From: Sarea resinae
Lineage: Eukaryota
DNA: 64,000 nucleotides
Assembly: GCA_026026165.1 (NCBI GenBank)
Contig: JAPEUD010000011.1
Span: 248,001 to 312,000, forward strand
Direction: 5' to 3'
The notes below the pieces were generated by a model. It ran no database searches. It had not been told where the DNA came from and saw only the letters and a program-made list of their open reading frames with translations. Both the position numbers and the translations under genes were made by a program. Shown here piece by piece: positions 1 through 13,705 of this stretch (position 1 is the stretch's first letter; each line of letters starts with the position of its first letter).

Positions 1-148
1 GGGCACGATGGAGCCTTCGGGCACCTGGTGGATGACCTTGGGGCCTGATTGCGAGGCGTGAGTTTTGTTGTGGCATATGGGAGCTCGAACCGTGGGACCA
101 CTGACCTTCCTTGGTGAGGAACTTGCTAAAGAAGATGGATTTGATCAT
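1..148 (-). CDS. NPR2: Nitrogen permease regulator 2 (GATOR1/SEACIT subunit), 5' end; runs off the window
   Basis: ATG at 148; exon 148-106, intron 105-45 (GTCAGT...CAG), exon 44-1 give MIKSIFFSKFLTKEGPKVIHQVPEGSIVP, the typical fungal Npr2 N-terminus. Not in the ORF track. Confidence 0.85.
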   Translation of the reverse strand, partial: MIKSIFFSKFLTKEGQWSHGSSSHMPQQNSRLAIRPQGHPPGARRLHRA

Positions 149-1111
149 TTTTTGTCAATGAAGAAAATCTACGCAGAGTGAAGCTGCTCGATCGAGATCT
201 TGCAAGCTGTCATGTCAATCGTGGGATTCAGTTCTGGTGATCGGTGATGCGGTGATGTCGCATGCGGCCGCGCATTAACATCGTTGTACTCCGATAGCCT
301 ATCCAGCTTGATCATGTGACCATGCCAAATTAGGCAATCAGAGCCAGAAGATATCGATCTGCTTCTGCTGCCCTTTTTTCGAGATTATGCAGCATAATTA
401 CGCATTCAATTGCCCTTTTCTAGCTCTGTCAAGGCTCTGTATTCTAGCTGTTTGGTAGGGTAGATTTATCAATGAGTAGCTATATAACCGAGCATCCAAA
501 CACCCAAAGATCGACCTGGTCTGTGCACACGATGGCCTGGAGCTGGCGTACGGAGTACTCCTACACCTATTTTGGCCAATTATACACACTCACAACTGCC
601 ATATGATTCACATTACGAGAGCACTTTATTGATATCGATTGCATTGGTATCGTCCACTAATAGCCGATGTGGATGGTCGCTACGGGGCAAATAAGCCGCT
701 AGAGATATCTGGTTCGAAGATCCTTGAGGGACTGCAAGAAAGGGGTAGTGACGTGATAGTTTAGATGGACATCTGCACAACTACGTTTGATTCAAGGGAT
801 TGCAAGATGAGGCTGCATTGAGCTTTATGAAGAGCTTTTTAACTAGTAGGAGACAACGGGAGATACTTGAAGAGACGACTATTGGTAGGAAGCTGATATC
901 AAGCAACCTAATTTCATCCCAAGCGTGGCCGAAGTCCAAGTGTATCTACCCGTCACACCGGTGAGCCACCTGCGCCACGCCCGAGTAGCGCCTCCAATCC
1001 GTAGCCCTCACACTAGATCTGTGTCCATTTTTCCTTCGTAATTCATTATTCTTGATGATCAAACCCGGCAGTAAGTCCGCAGTGGCAGACGATCGTGAAA
1101 AACTTGAAGCG

Positions 1112-3711
1112 TCACTCTTCAGTCTCGTCCCAGCCCTCCTGCTCCTTTTCGAGCAGAGTCTTCATGGCCAGCTGATCGAAAATGCTCTCATCCTTTCCGG
1201 GCACCTTTGTCAACCCAGGCTCGAAGACGGGGCCGATCGAGTCAATCCACTTCTTACGCCTCTCCATCAACTGCTTCGCAAAGTCTCCGATACCGGGCTT
1301 GCTGATACCAGGTCCGCCACCAACGTAGTGACTCCCGCCTCCCGCACCGCCAGGTCTCTTCGCATGCTTCTTGCCCTTGCCCAGAGTGCGAGTGCGCTTG
1401 AGATAGGCTTGTTGTACTTGGTTATCCAGGTCGTCGCGAATCGTGGTGTATTCTTGATGGGCCATGCGCTCTTTTGCCAGATCTTGGATGCGTGCCTTGC
1501 GAGCGCCGTTGACAATCATCTGTTTCTTGAGTTCCGATTGCAAGAAGCGGAGTCGGGCAGCAACATCGTCGTCGTAGTGTGCATCGTAGTCGGGCTCCTC
1601 GGGGCCAAGAAAACCCATGTGGCGAAGCTCGGCCTTGAGACGCTCGTCAACTTCCTTGTGGTCCATTTTGGTGGTTGGCACCTTCCAGCCTGGTTGGGTG
1701 GAATCCGGGATAAAGGCCGCTGGCGGAAGAGGCTCGGCCTTGTTGCCTTCACCAGGACCTTCAGCATCTCCAGTTCCAAAGCCGTTCATCAAAGCCTCTC
1801 CGTTGGCAGCACCATTCGCACTACCATTGGTCGACTTGTCGTCGTGCGCAGCATCGCGGCCTTCGAAGCGCAAGGTGGAGAGAAGACGGCTGAGAACAGG
1901 TCCGGCAGAAACTGCTTCCGATTCGGCCACTTCGTCGTTCATCTGTTCGATACCGCCACGAGGCTGATTCGCCGGAAATTTCTCGGGAGCCGTAGAAGAT
2001 CCATCCAAGGTAATTGAGCCGTCCGCCTCTGCCCATACTTCCGTGTAATGGCGTTTGCCGCGACGTGGTAGAAGGAAAGGTGTAGCCCGATCTCCCTAAA
2101 AGCAAATCAGTCGAGACTTTTGACGGATCAAAGCAACCTACCCTCTCCTTGAGGAATGCCATATCCTCTTCTGTCAAGGGACGGACATAGGGCTCGATGT
2201 AGGCAGCGAAAGTGTTCGCGCTAACTTGGTTGGTGGGCTTCGCATTGCTAAAGTCCTTATCCGGAGGATCTCCCGCGATCAGATCAGACAAATCATCGTG
2301 TGGATATGAGGTGACGGAATAAATCTCTTTGATTTCCTCCTCGCTCATCCCAGGCTTCACTTCACGGATATGATAAATGGTCGGGTCATCAAAGGTGGAT
2401 GGATCCGGACCGAATGTCTGATACTGCGGAATGGCTGGAGCAGGTGGGGGCTGACGCGAGTCGTCAGAACTGGACGACGGGGTCGGAGAGTTTGGCCTGG
2501 ACTCGACCACTTCGGGAGCAGCGGCGACGATTGGAGTTTGCGCTTGCGACGGCGGAGACAGCGAAGACGTGCTCGCCGAAGCGGCTTCGCGTTTGACTCG
2601 CGTCGGAGTCGCTGCATTGCTTCGCAAGGCTTTCCGCTGCTCGGGAGAACCAGACGTGTCTGGAGGAAGTTCTTGATTAGCACGTTGAGACCGAAGTCGC
2701 GAGCGCCCAGTTGATGTGCCACATTGAACAGCTTCGGCTGTGCGCCTCAATTCATCATTGAGAAGGTCGATAGCGCCAGGCGTACTGCGCTTCGGAACCT
2801 TATAAGGAGAGAACGGAGGCATGGTAGACCAAGTTGGTATGAGGACGCCCAAAAGAAAGTGGAATGGAAGGATGATGTGGTACAGGATCAGGATGTCAAG
2901 CACACACGAGCAATGTAGAGATGGACATGGTAGGCGCAAAGAAGTGAGCGTGCTCGACAGAAGATGACAGCGTGGTTACGCCAAAGGGAAAGAGTAGTAG
3001 AGACAGAAGTCGCTCTAGAGTCAGGAGGCGTGCTCCACCAGCACCGGCACGGAGACTCTAGTATCGCAAGGAAAACACCAGGCTAGACGTGGCATCTACG
3101 ATCCAAGACAACGCGTGCGATGGAAAGAGCACCAACGTACCTTTCATCTGCGTGTCCATTCCATCTTGCCTTGCGACCCCATGTGCTCCATGTGCAAGAG
3201 GCCTCTCTTCGTGAACCTTGCTCTTGTTGCGTCTCTTCAGCTTGCCTGCTTTTCTCACGGGTCCTTCCTCTTCCTCCTCAACTGCAGCAGCCTCTCGCCT
3301 CAGCTTCTCTCGTCTCTCTTCCATTTCACGGTCAGCTCTTTCTCTTTCACGATCTTGTTCCATGATTTCCTTTCTTCTCTTGGACAGCTCCCGCATTCCC
3401 TTGTCACAAGCCTGTCCTCTGACCTCGGCAAGCTGGGCGAGCGTCTTCAGATCGGCGGCTAGCGTTTCCAGATGCTTCGTGTCGGGGATTCCGTTGCCAC
3501 TGCCGTGACGCTCGAGAATGTCTTCGTATGAGATGTTGGATGGCACCATAAGACTGGAAATGGGAATCTCTAAGAAAGCTGAACTGGCGGGATTTGAGGC
3601 TGGAACATTGGTTCCCGGGCCCGTGCCTATGGAGCTGGGTGTCGTGTTGCGACTCCTAGACCGCCGGGCATCTCGGCCCTTGCCCTTGCCCTTCCCTCCT
3701 ACTGGAGGCAT
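1112..3711 (-). CDS. NGG1: SAGA/ADA HAT-module subunit Ngg1/Ada3
   Basis: Exons 3711-3141, 2659-2142 and 2095-1112 join in frame. [12 protein letters not shown]...[10 protein letters not shown] start; [62 protein letters not shown] and [12 protein letters not shown] motifs of the Ada3 domain. Confidence 0.93.
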
Positions 3712-5038
3712 GGTGAATGATTGGTGGCTCAGCAATGAATGGAGAGTGAAGTCTGCCCTGCAGAAGTTTGGCCGAAGCTGGAGTGTTTGCTTCAGATGGT
3801 GTCCAGATAGCAACCATGAGATGCGCGGGAGCGGGAAAATAGAGAATGGTCAATGGGTCAGTCAGTGGCAGAGGAGGTCAAGGTGTTCAGACGAGATATG
3901 GATAGGTTCAGCTACTGTATGCGGCCGGCGGACACCTTGGTGATGGGCATCCGTGGATCTCCAGGCACTTTCCCAATGGGCGATGGATGACAGATTACGA
4001 ACGGCACGGATCGTTATCTGATCGAAATGTGTCACGTGATTGGGAGCGTGGCCACAATATCATAAGTGCAGTGGACCTTGAACCCTCGCACTCTACGCTG
4101 CTCTCGCTCTATAGAGTAGATACGGTGGAGTCCCGTCTCTCCAGAGCAGAGGACACCATTCCGTCCCTCATTGTGGCTCCTCGGGGCTCCGCCTCCGCCT
4201 CTGCCTCCGCCATCCGTCATCCGCCATGTGTTCCGTCCGGTCTTGGCCATCGTGTCCATTCGGAGAGCGGAGTATGTAAGCGGTATAACTAAGCTTTCGC
4301 CAAGAGGCCGGAGAAGGGCCGGGCGAGCTTAGCGGCCGCATTTCCCTGCCCCCCAATACTGTACATACATTGGATACATCAGGCACTGCACGGAGTGACC
4401 ACTGGAAGGGTGACGGCGGGACTCTACCAAGTACCTCCACACCCGCCATCGTATTATTGTCATCCATCTCCTCCTCACATGCACTCCCAGCGAGGGCGGG
4501 GCAGTACGAGGGAAGGGGATAGTCGTCGTTCCGGATGCAATTGGAGGCCGGTGAATGATTGATGTTGACCGAGTATAGTAATTCTCATCACATATAGAAC
4601 AATGTAAACAACGGTCGAGGCCCCGATGTCATATTGTCCCACCTCCCACCTCCCGCCCACCACCCACAACAAGCCAATCTGCCGTACATGCGAGGTAGGC
4701 ATGTAGATGGGCCATGGCGGCACCGCCCACGATGGCTTCTTAGCTCTTCCTTCCCCCAAACAACATCCGAATCATCAAGGTGCAGTCTCTTCTACCATGA
4801 AGCTATAGATCTTCAGGCCCTGCTTGTCGCCGCCGTTCGCCATCGTCTGCTTCCTCGATTCCTCCGTTCTTCATTACGGCCAAGACGTATCTTCGTACCT
4901 GATCGGGATTCTTCGCACCGCCAAGGCGCGGCATCCCATCGTCGGGAAGTCATCATGGGTACGTGATCGACGCCAAGATTGACCGCCAAGGCGCGTCTTC
5001 ATCAAAGGTTGCACACACCGGACGGCGCTGACGTGCCC

Positions 5039-6956
5039 ATGATAGCTGCAAAGAGCATCAACTCCTATCCGATCGTGTTCCCCAACCCATTGACGCAGCC
5101 AAAGGGGTCGGCGGCTGGCTATCTGACGATCAAAAATGTACGGACCGGTCGGAAGCTCGTCATGTCCACGCTCTGCTGACACCACTTTGGATCTAGGATA
5201 GCCTCAGTATCTCGTCGAGCCAGGACTCGTCCGAGGTGGTAACGCTGTCGACAAACACCGATGGCGACGGCATCAAGGGCCTGCTCTACGTCCCCGATCT
5301 GGCCGCCTCGGATCCATGTCTCAATACCTCTGCACTGCCGGCGCACGTAACGCGACAAGCCAACCTTCCTAATAGCAACGTCGATCTGGTTGCCCTCGCG
5401 CCATGGATTTCTCCCGATTGCGTCCAGTCGTACCTGGCGTCGGCACGGGCAGACCCGATCAGGGCGTTCATCTTCTATCCGACCAACACCTCCGAACTCC
5501 CCGCGGCCAACGACCCATTATGGGACCTTTTCGACGGGGGCCAGTGGAAATCGAAAAATCCGTTCCCCGTGTATGCTATACCAGAGCTGGATGGGAAGGA
5601 TCTGATGAAGGATCTGTCCTTGTATTCGGGCAATATGAGCGATGTGCCCTTTGGCCATCAGCTGACGGAGATATATGACGCTCGTGATTATGTGCGGATG
5701 CTGGCGGCAATCGATACCGGTATGCTCACTTGTCCTCTACATGACGGCACGAGGCTAATTGTGCTATAGGGGGGCACCGAACCGTTCCTGGCTTTTGGGT
5801 CTTCATCCTCATCGTTGTTGCGATTCTGTTCGCCGTGTTCGGACTCACTTCGTGTGGAATGCACTATATACAGTATAAACGTCGCCAAACACTTCGACGA
5901 CGCATCACTCGCGGCGAGGTCGATCTGGAAGCTCTAGGGATCAAACGATTGACCGTTCCTCAACAGGTTCTTGATAAGCTACCTCTTTTCATCTACGCCG
6001 TGGATGAGGAACCGGAAGGGAATAGCTTCACACGTTCAAAATCCCCAACGACCGACGATTCACGAGGGGCGCGTTTCCATACCATTACAAAAAGGGTGTC
6101 CGATCTGACCCGCAACTCCGCTCCATCTCCATCCTCGACGCAGCCGCTGGCCGGCCAAGCCCACCCTCACATCGTCTCCGCAGGGTCTCCCCTGCCCCAC
6201 CTCCTCTACTCTCAACCGACCTGTCCCATCTGTCTCGATGACTTCGTCCCGCACGAGACCACCGTCCGCCAACTGCCCTGCAATCACATCTTCCATCCGG
6301 AATGCGTCGACGTCTTCCTGAAGGAAAACTCGAGTCTCTGTCCCATCTGCAAGAAGAGCGTGCTTCCGCGCGGCTACTGTCCCACGACCATCACGAACGT
6401 CATGGTGAGGCGCGAGATGATGGTCCGGCGGATGAGAGAGAGAGTCGTGGTTTCGGAGGCCGGGAATGACGTGCCATTCGGGGGCTTGTCGATGAGTCTC
6501 GTGAACGCACGAGCACGGATGCCGAGTTTCCAACATCAGTTCGGTCGAGCGGCCGGGTCGAGCACTGGCAGCGTGGGCGGTAGAGGGACCTCTAATACAC
6601 CGGGCCCCGTGTCAGACGCATCTACCCGTAGCGTCGTTGAGATGGGCGAAGCCGACTCCCTGCCAAGACCTCCCGACGCGGCTGTGACATCTCCTGCTGC
6701 TGCTGTTCCAGTCGCCGCTGTGCCTACGCCGCACACGGCAGGTAGGAGGGAATGGGCCCGGCAACGCGCGAACGCCCTTCTTGGGAGTTGGCGGACTGTG
6801 GAGGAAGAGGAGCGCGAGAGGGAAGCGAGATTACCCAAATGTGAGTACGCTCCTGTTTCAGTACGAGTATTGTGTTGGTGTTGGGAGAAAATGCTGACTT
6901 GAGTTTGCGGCTAAGGGCGAAAAGCCGTCGGCAGCATCTTCCCCGGGGTGCGGTAG
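5039..6956 (+). CDS. Single-pass membrane RING-H2 E3 ubiquitin ligase with PA-like luminal domain (start uncertain)
   Basis: Exons ~5039-5137, 5197-5719, 5770-6840 and 6916-6956 splice in frame; TM helix FWVFILIVVAILFAVFG; RING-H2 CPICLDDF...LPCNHIFHPECVDVFL...CPIC; ends WRKAVGSIFPGVR*. Confidence 0.85.
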
Positions 6957-7299
6957 CTTTAGCCTCTGTTTCTGTTCGGCCAAGTCACGCAGCGTACATG
7001 AAACTCGCATCTCTGTTCTCTTGCATTTCTCATGTCCGGTTCCATTTCTCGTGTTTTTCTTCCCAGGGATATACCACCACATATAACGCATTTCCTCTTA
7101 TTTTCTCCATTTCTTCTAATTTTCCTCATTTCCAACGGCGTCGGTGTAGCGACAGGTCTCAATTAGGTCAGATCTGGACAGGATAGGTCGCAAGGTGTAG
7201 TTGAGTTCTCTTATCTCGTGTAACAGGGCGCTCTCTCCATTTCCTTTTTTCAGCTTCTCCCTTCTCTCTTCTCTCTTCTCCGTTTTCCCTTCTACAACG

Positions 7300-8041
7300 A
7301 CAGCGACGGCGATGGCGACGGCGATGGCGACGGCGACGGTCACGAACGGCGACGGACAGCGGGTGGTGTCTGGTGTTCTATTCGGCCTCGTGGGGGTGGA
7401 TTGGTATTGCACGGCGATGGCGACGGCATCGGTGGGGGAGTCCAGGTCGGGGCCAGACAATGCCAGGCCAGGCCAGGCCAGGAAAGGAAAGGCAAGCAGT
7501 GAGTGAAAGGAGTGAAAGGAGTGAAAGGAGTGAAAGGAGTGCAACGTTGCAAAGAGGTACGATCTAGTACGATCTAGTACGGCACGACACATACGGCACG
7601 ACACATACGGCACGACACATACGGCACGTACAAGACACGGCATTGAATCGGACAATCTTAGTTTAAGATCCGATGGCATCAGGAAGTAGCAGGAGCATAA
7701 GCATAAGCATCAACTTAAGCAGTCGGATAGGACAGTCGGATAGGACGGTCAGATAGGACGGTCAGATAGGACGGTCGGATAGGACGGTCTAGGACGGTCT
7801 AGGATGGTCTAGGATCAGGATCGGGATAGTATAAGGATCGTATCGGATAGCATAAGGAGTATGATAGGATCCTGGATACTGGATATGGGATAGGGATACT
7901 GGTACGGGATACGGGATATATAGAAATATCCATGAAACTGATTCCTGATACTGATAATGATACCGTTCCAAGAAAACGAATTGACGTTCAGAAAAAAGGA
8001 AAAGACCAAAAGGAGGAGAGGAGAGGAGAGGAGAGGAGAGA
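7300..8041. repeat. Cluster of short tandem repeats between convergent genes
   Basis: (GGCGAC/GGCGAT)n, (GCCAG)n, (GAGTGAAAG)4, (ACGGCACGACACAT)3, (GTCGGATAGGAC)-like units and (GGAGA)n are visible directly. Confidence 0.9.
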
Positions 8042-8214
8042 AAGGCGTAATTAGCACGCTCGAGGAAGCCAGTCATTCAATCAGGCAGTCTGATCATTGA
8101 GTTTGATTCATCTTGCAGTACATTACATTACAGTACAATACATTATATCACACACCCCCCAGGCGTCCTTGATAGCAATCGAGAAGCAAAAAAAATAGAA
8201 TGAAAATGGGCGCG

Positions 8215-11200
8215 TTATAGCTCCAGCTCTTGGCCGTGTTCCAGCTCTTGGCTACCGCCATGTCTGTCAGCTTCATCATCATCTCTATCACGGCCGCTAC
8301 GTCCACGCTTACGATGCGTGTGCATACGCTGATGGGAACGGGCGGAGATGAGAGTCGTGCCGCCGTTGCCGTTGAGAGCGAACCAGTCGCCCCGGATCGC
8401 AGCATCGTAGGCTTCTTGACGGCGGATAGCGGAGTCGATATCGGGGCTGTCGCTGTCGTCGGGGTCGGCGTCGGCGCTGTTGGCGGCGTTGTTGGCGGCG
8501 GCATGTCTAGCAAGAGGAACATCGCTGGCCAGATGCGGATGAACTCGTTGCTCACGCGGCGTTGTGGTCTCAAAGCCGACAAGACCTCGGACACGGGAAA
8601 CAGAGTTGGATTCGTCACCATCACCACGGGCGACAGGTACAGAACAAAGCGCATTCTGCGACACCTCGGCGGACGAATAATCAAAGACGTCACTGACGTT
8701 GAGCCCGGAATGAGACCGCATATGCTCGATCCACGACGATTCGGAGCCAAAGTATTGGATGCGGTCGCTGCTGCAGCTCTGCCAAAGGCAACCATAGAGT
8801 TGAACGCCTTGTTGCGTAACGGCGATGTTGTGACTCGTGTTGATGTGGTGGGCGAGAGAGGCGAGAGAGGTGTGCGCGCTGGCGCAGTGCAGCCATTTGC
8901 ACTTGTAGGGCTCGTAGGGGTACTCTCTCGGTTTAGTCTGCGAGCAATTTCGACGGTTCGATGCGCCAGTGTTGTTCGATTCCGAACCAGCTTGGCCCGA
9001 TGATGAGACGGATTCCGTTTGGCATGCTGCATCTGCTGTTGTACGCCGTCTGCTCTCCTGGAGCGAATGCACCCTTGAAACCTTGCGGCTTGGTAAGGGT
9101 AGCCCATCTGCGGCCGCGAAAAGCAGACGAGGAGATTTCAAAGGTTGGTCGTTGCAGTCTGGCATGAGCCTTTTTCCCGTGGCCAGCTGTCCAACGGCCA
9201 AAGACGCATCCTCCTCCACTAGTGTTGTGTCCCCTTCTAGATATTCGTCTCCTTTCTCACTAGACTGGCTGCCAGAATTTTCATCGTATGAGATCGGAGA
9301 TGATTCAGCACTTTCATTTGCCCGAGTCTTGCGGCTCTTTAGCATTTCGATCATGGTGAGGTCGTGCCGAAAAATATTGGCGGAACAGAAACGGCCGAAC
9401 AACGCCCTCATACTCAGACCCTCGTGCCACTTCTCACGGTCTACAGTACAGGGGTAGATGTCCTTTGGATGAAAAGCTTCCACTAACAGGCAAAGCTCCT
9501 CATAAGACGAATGTCGGGAATATGGAAAGGTCTGCCTCTTGCATCAGTGACTGACATTCCAGGACTGTGCAATTGCTTACTATAGTTCGAGGCAGTTTCA
9601 AACGATCACCTCGAGACGGCAATACACGGCTACGAGAAGGAGCTATCTTGACTAATACCAAGTCTTCTTCTTTCTCTGCCAAATCATAAAGCAACTCAAG
9701 CAAGTTGTCCAGGGACATATCCTCGTTCTGCCAGGCCAAGGCGTCAATTGATAGGGATTTGTGCGATGAATTCCTGGCCTTGAAAAGAAGCGATTTCAGT
9801 CGATCAAGTGCGACAGGATCTAGGTCTTCGTCATCTTCTAGATCTCCGAACAGATTCATGAGCTGTTCAAAGGAACTATCGTCGCTGAGCTCGAGTTCAT
9901 GGTTTTGCTTCAGATCACCGACACCTCCCCCAGCCCCAACCTCTGGCATCTCGAGACCCTCTCCTAGACGATGGATGATGGGTGTTATGTATACAATGTC
10001 ATTGTTCTCTCTGCCTGAGCATGATGTACCCTTTTCGCAGCTGTGAAGGCGGGAATCTTGACTTTTTGTCAAACAGCCTGGTTGGAACCTGTTCCCGCAG
10101 ATAAAGCCCGAGAGAGCCGGCCCTTCTTGAGGAGCTACTCGGTCCTTCATGCTGAAAGTCAGGGAATTATAGAGGCGCATTTTGTAGTTGTCCACATGTA
10201 CCTGTAGAGTCAGAATATGTCAAACAAAAAGACTGATGGGACGCACTTGTGATTTCAGATGGGCCGAGAGAGCGACCCAGACGTCCTCGTACCCAAACGT
10301 CCACGCATTGAAGTGGAATACCATATCTGCCGGATACTGATCGACCTTTTCGAAGAGTTCCTTCAGACCTTCGGCTTTGGATGGAAATGAGCGATAAGGC
10401 TTCTGTGCTGTGGCGAACGTAGTATCAAGATATATCCTATCCAATCGGCGGCTCCCCATGGTATATGGTACTAGGATGGGATTCCGGACCACTGAGTTGA
10501 CCCACCAGCTTTCGGCTGAAAGAATCAGTGAGGCCCGTCAAAGAGTATTGGTAGCATACATCGGACATCTCCAGTATAGAGGATAGCTTTTCCATCACCC
10601 TCGATCAGGAACATGACAGCACCGACACAGTGATTTGCCTGTTAAAGCATCAGCATCAGCGTCATAGGGACGAAGTCTTCCGGCCTTGATACTAACATCA
10701 AAGAGCGTGACCTGAAGCTCATTTCCGGGCGCCAATTCAACGACCGTTGGGGTCTCCAGAGGGATGGTTTTCTGCAAACCAGTCAATCGATTGCCACAGA
10801 AGCAAGTCCATCAATTCATACCAAGAGTTTGTTCAGGTGCTTATAATGCTGTAGACGAGTCTCTAGAATGCCCTTGGCAAAATTCATACGATGTGGATAC
10901 TTTTCCAGACGCAAGAGTATCTAGCCATCTTGTCAGTACAAGCAGACGGAAATCAAGAAACTCACTTCTCTTGTAGCCGGTGAGCAGTATACAAAGGGAG
11001 ACTTGAGGGACTCCAGCCCTTGTAGATGATCACTGTGGACATGGCTCAGGAAACAAGCCCGTGGAGGCGGAAATCGAGGATTAGTGCGGAAGTAGTCGAC
11101 TGTCGACGTTAGAAGACAAATCTCATCTGACTTTCGACTCTGCTCACTCCTGATCTGAGGAAATTCTGAGATGCGAATTAGTCTTTTGATCGAATTCTCT

Positions 11201-11243
11201 TGGAAATGGACCCACCTTCTACAATCCCGTCAAATGTCGACAT
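8215..11243 (-). CDS. DCLRE1C: Artemis/SNM1C-like metallo-beta-lactamase/beta-CASP nuclease (multi-exon)
   Basis: Spliced N-terminus MSTFDGIVEEFPQIRIDYFR...ACFLSHVHSDHLQGLESL (HxHxDH motif); NHCVGAVMFLIEG, LYTGD, IYLDTTF, FHFNAWTFGYEDVW; last exon begins TFPYSRHSSYEEL...HPKDIYPCTVD and is open to 8215. Confidence 0.92.
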
Positions 11244-13705
11244 CAGTGCGGCGAGACGTTCACCATCACCACCACCACGGCGAGGACAAGACTTTCATCA
11301 TCGAGATGCTGCAGGACGGCGTCTTCCTCTCTTTGATTTATCATGCCACGTGAGCGTCGTCGGAGGCAGTACTTCATACACTGGGAATAGAGGAGGTGGC
11401 GTGGATCAAGGTATCAGACAGCATCTGCTGTTATCGATAAGTGTTCTGGACGATTCGGTTATTTCATCTGGCGTCTTCGCGTCGCTACACCCGCCACGCT
11501 CGCGAAGAGAACGCCCACTCATGTGACGTGGAGTGTCTGCCTTTGCTCCCACCTGCAATAGACAATACTGATATAAATTCCTCGTGGCGTACATCTGATT
11601 TATGCTATTGATCTAGCAGACTCTCGTGGAAGGCTGGCGACGGAGTTTCGTGTCGTATATCTCGAGTTTCGAGACTTACAAGTAGAACTATTCGCCCAGC
11701 CGATGCCAGCCAAGGAGTCCGGTATTCGATCGCGAATCAATTAGAGGTAATTCGCCATTGGCTCGAGAATCATTATACCTTTGAGACGTTTGACGATTTT
11801 TGTCGAAACTCGAGCTTGCTCATGACTGGCTCGAGCTTGGGGATCTTGGCATGAATCCATTGGATCCGATGTGAGGTACGAAGGACACTGCGTCAAGTAG
11901 ACTGTTACCGCAAAGATGGAAGCTATGATCTATGAGTAAGAGCCTCTTTGAAAGGAGGATTTTACGCTTCATGCTGATGGCAGTGCTTAGTCGATCAAGG
12001 AGGAGAAGCAGGTGGCTTGTCTCATTCATCGAGCAAGCTCCCGTACCGATGAAGAAGCCTCTGCAGTCTCGACTCTCGTCTGGTTGGCGAGATCAACACG
12101 ATGCGATACGCATTTGCAGATGCAATCATTCCATGCCCTGGATCCCTCCCGTCATCTGACTCTGCCATGGATTCCTTCCTTCGATCAGGCCTTGCCATGG
12201 CAGCATGCAGGTGGGCGCTCTCATTGGGCTCTCTCCCTGCAAGGCCACGGTCCCGTCCGCTCTGCAGTTCGCTTGCATCCGAGCCCACCTACTACATAGT
12301 AGTCTACGGTGTCGGACTCGGAGCAGTTGCTGATAGGCCTCGTGGACCTCGAAACACTTCCGCTGTCTCTCGACGCCCATCCTCAATCCGTGAGGGTGCG
12401 TGTCCAAGGTGCGTTGATTGTAGATGGTAGATGCAGCATGTGCAGGAAATGTAGTCTCTCGGCGGTGCATCGGCTATGGAAGAAGAAGCCTGATCTCGGT
12501 CAGGGCGCGTAGGATGGCCACTGTCGATGCCTCTTCCCTCTGTACATGGCATGTGGCTCGTCACTTTATCGGCCAGCGAGCAGCATGCAGTCTGACCAGG
12601 TGCAGGCGCATGAGATGCGAGGCCAAGCAAAACGCGACCACGGCAACCACTGGGTTCTAGTACTGGTCGGAAGAGGGCAGACATGTACGAAACACGCCGA
12701 ATGATCGTGTCTGACGGCCGCCATGGCCGACTCGTGATAGACGGCTCGCTTTCCCATGTCCAGCCATCTCAGCTCGACCCATCTGCCACCTGCCATCTTT
12801 TCAAAAGGACTGTCTTTCCCCTTGATCCCCCGAGGTCAAGTCGTCGTTCTTGTTGCTCTCGTCTGACCATTTGTGGTCGCTCGGAGAGAAGAGGAGCGGA
12901 GAGGGAGACCCTTTTTCGTCCGACCAAGTGACTCGACCACGATAAACATCCACCATCACGACCACAACCAACCATCTCCGAGGCCGTTGCCTCTTAGGGC
13001 TGCTCGCGTACCTGGGACTAAGACGAAACAAATCATCAACGAGAACGCCGTGACAACCTGAACGACTCTTGTTGCCTCGGACCCTTTTTCTCTCTCTCTT
13101 CCAAGATCGCCTCATCTAGACCCTTTTCGATCGGATCAGCCGCGAGAGATCCAACTACTTTCTGGTACGACGTCAAGACCAACAACCAAAAGACAGAGCA
13201 ACGAAGCCTCGAAGCCTCGAAGCCTCACTTTTGAACGTCCGACGACGACGAGTACTCGTAACTTTGTACTCGCAGTGCAACACTCGCCTCGACGGAGAAC
13301 CAGACTAATCTCACGACCGGCTCCATCCTTACCTTAGCTTGTCAAGGTAGCTCCTACGAGCCCGGAGCGGTTCACTTGACGCGCACTAGGCCACTGCACC
13401 CCCCAAAAAGAGAGCCCTCGCTTTTTCATTTCGTCTCCACCGCGTCAATTTCCATACAGACGGCGTAGCTAGCGGGTGATCGACGTGTCGTCGCTCCTCC
13501 TGGATGCACGCACCCACAACAGTTTGCATACTCGGATTCTTCCAGGGAGGATCGCGCCCTTGCTTGGCAACCTCACGCATCCCGTTCCTACAAGTGACAT
13601 TTCACAGCCCTCGCTGCACGCCATTCGCTCGACCAGCGCGTCCATAAAGTCATCATCTCCTCGAGCTTTCGTCACGTTCAGAGGCCGTCATCTATCACAG
13701 ACAGA

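Noticed and set aside
1052..2017. 321-aa plus-strand ORF and similar long antisense ORFs (8230-9003, 22852-23457, 29811-30842)
   Set aside because: Shadows of GC-rich real genes on the opposite strand; no motifs.
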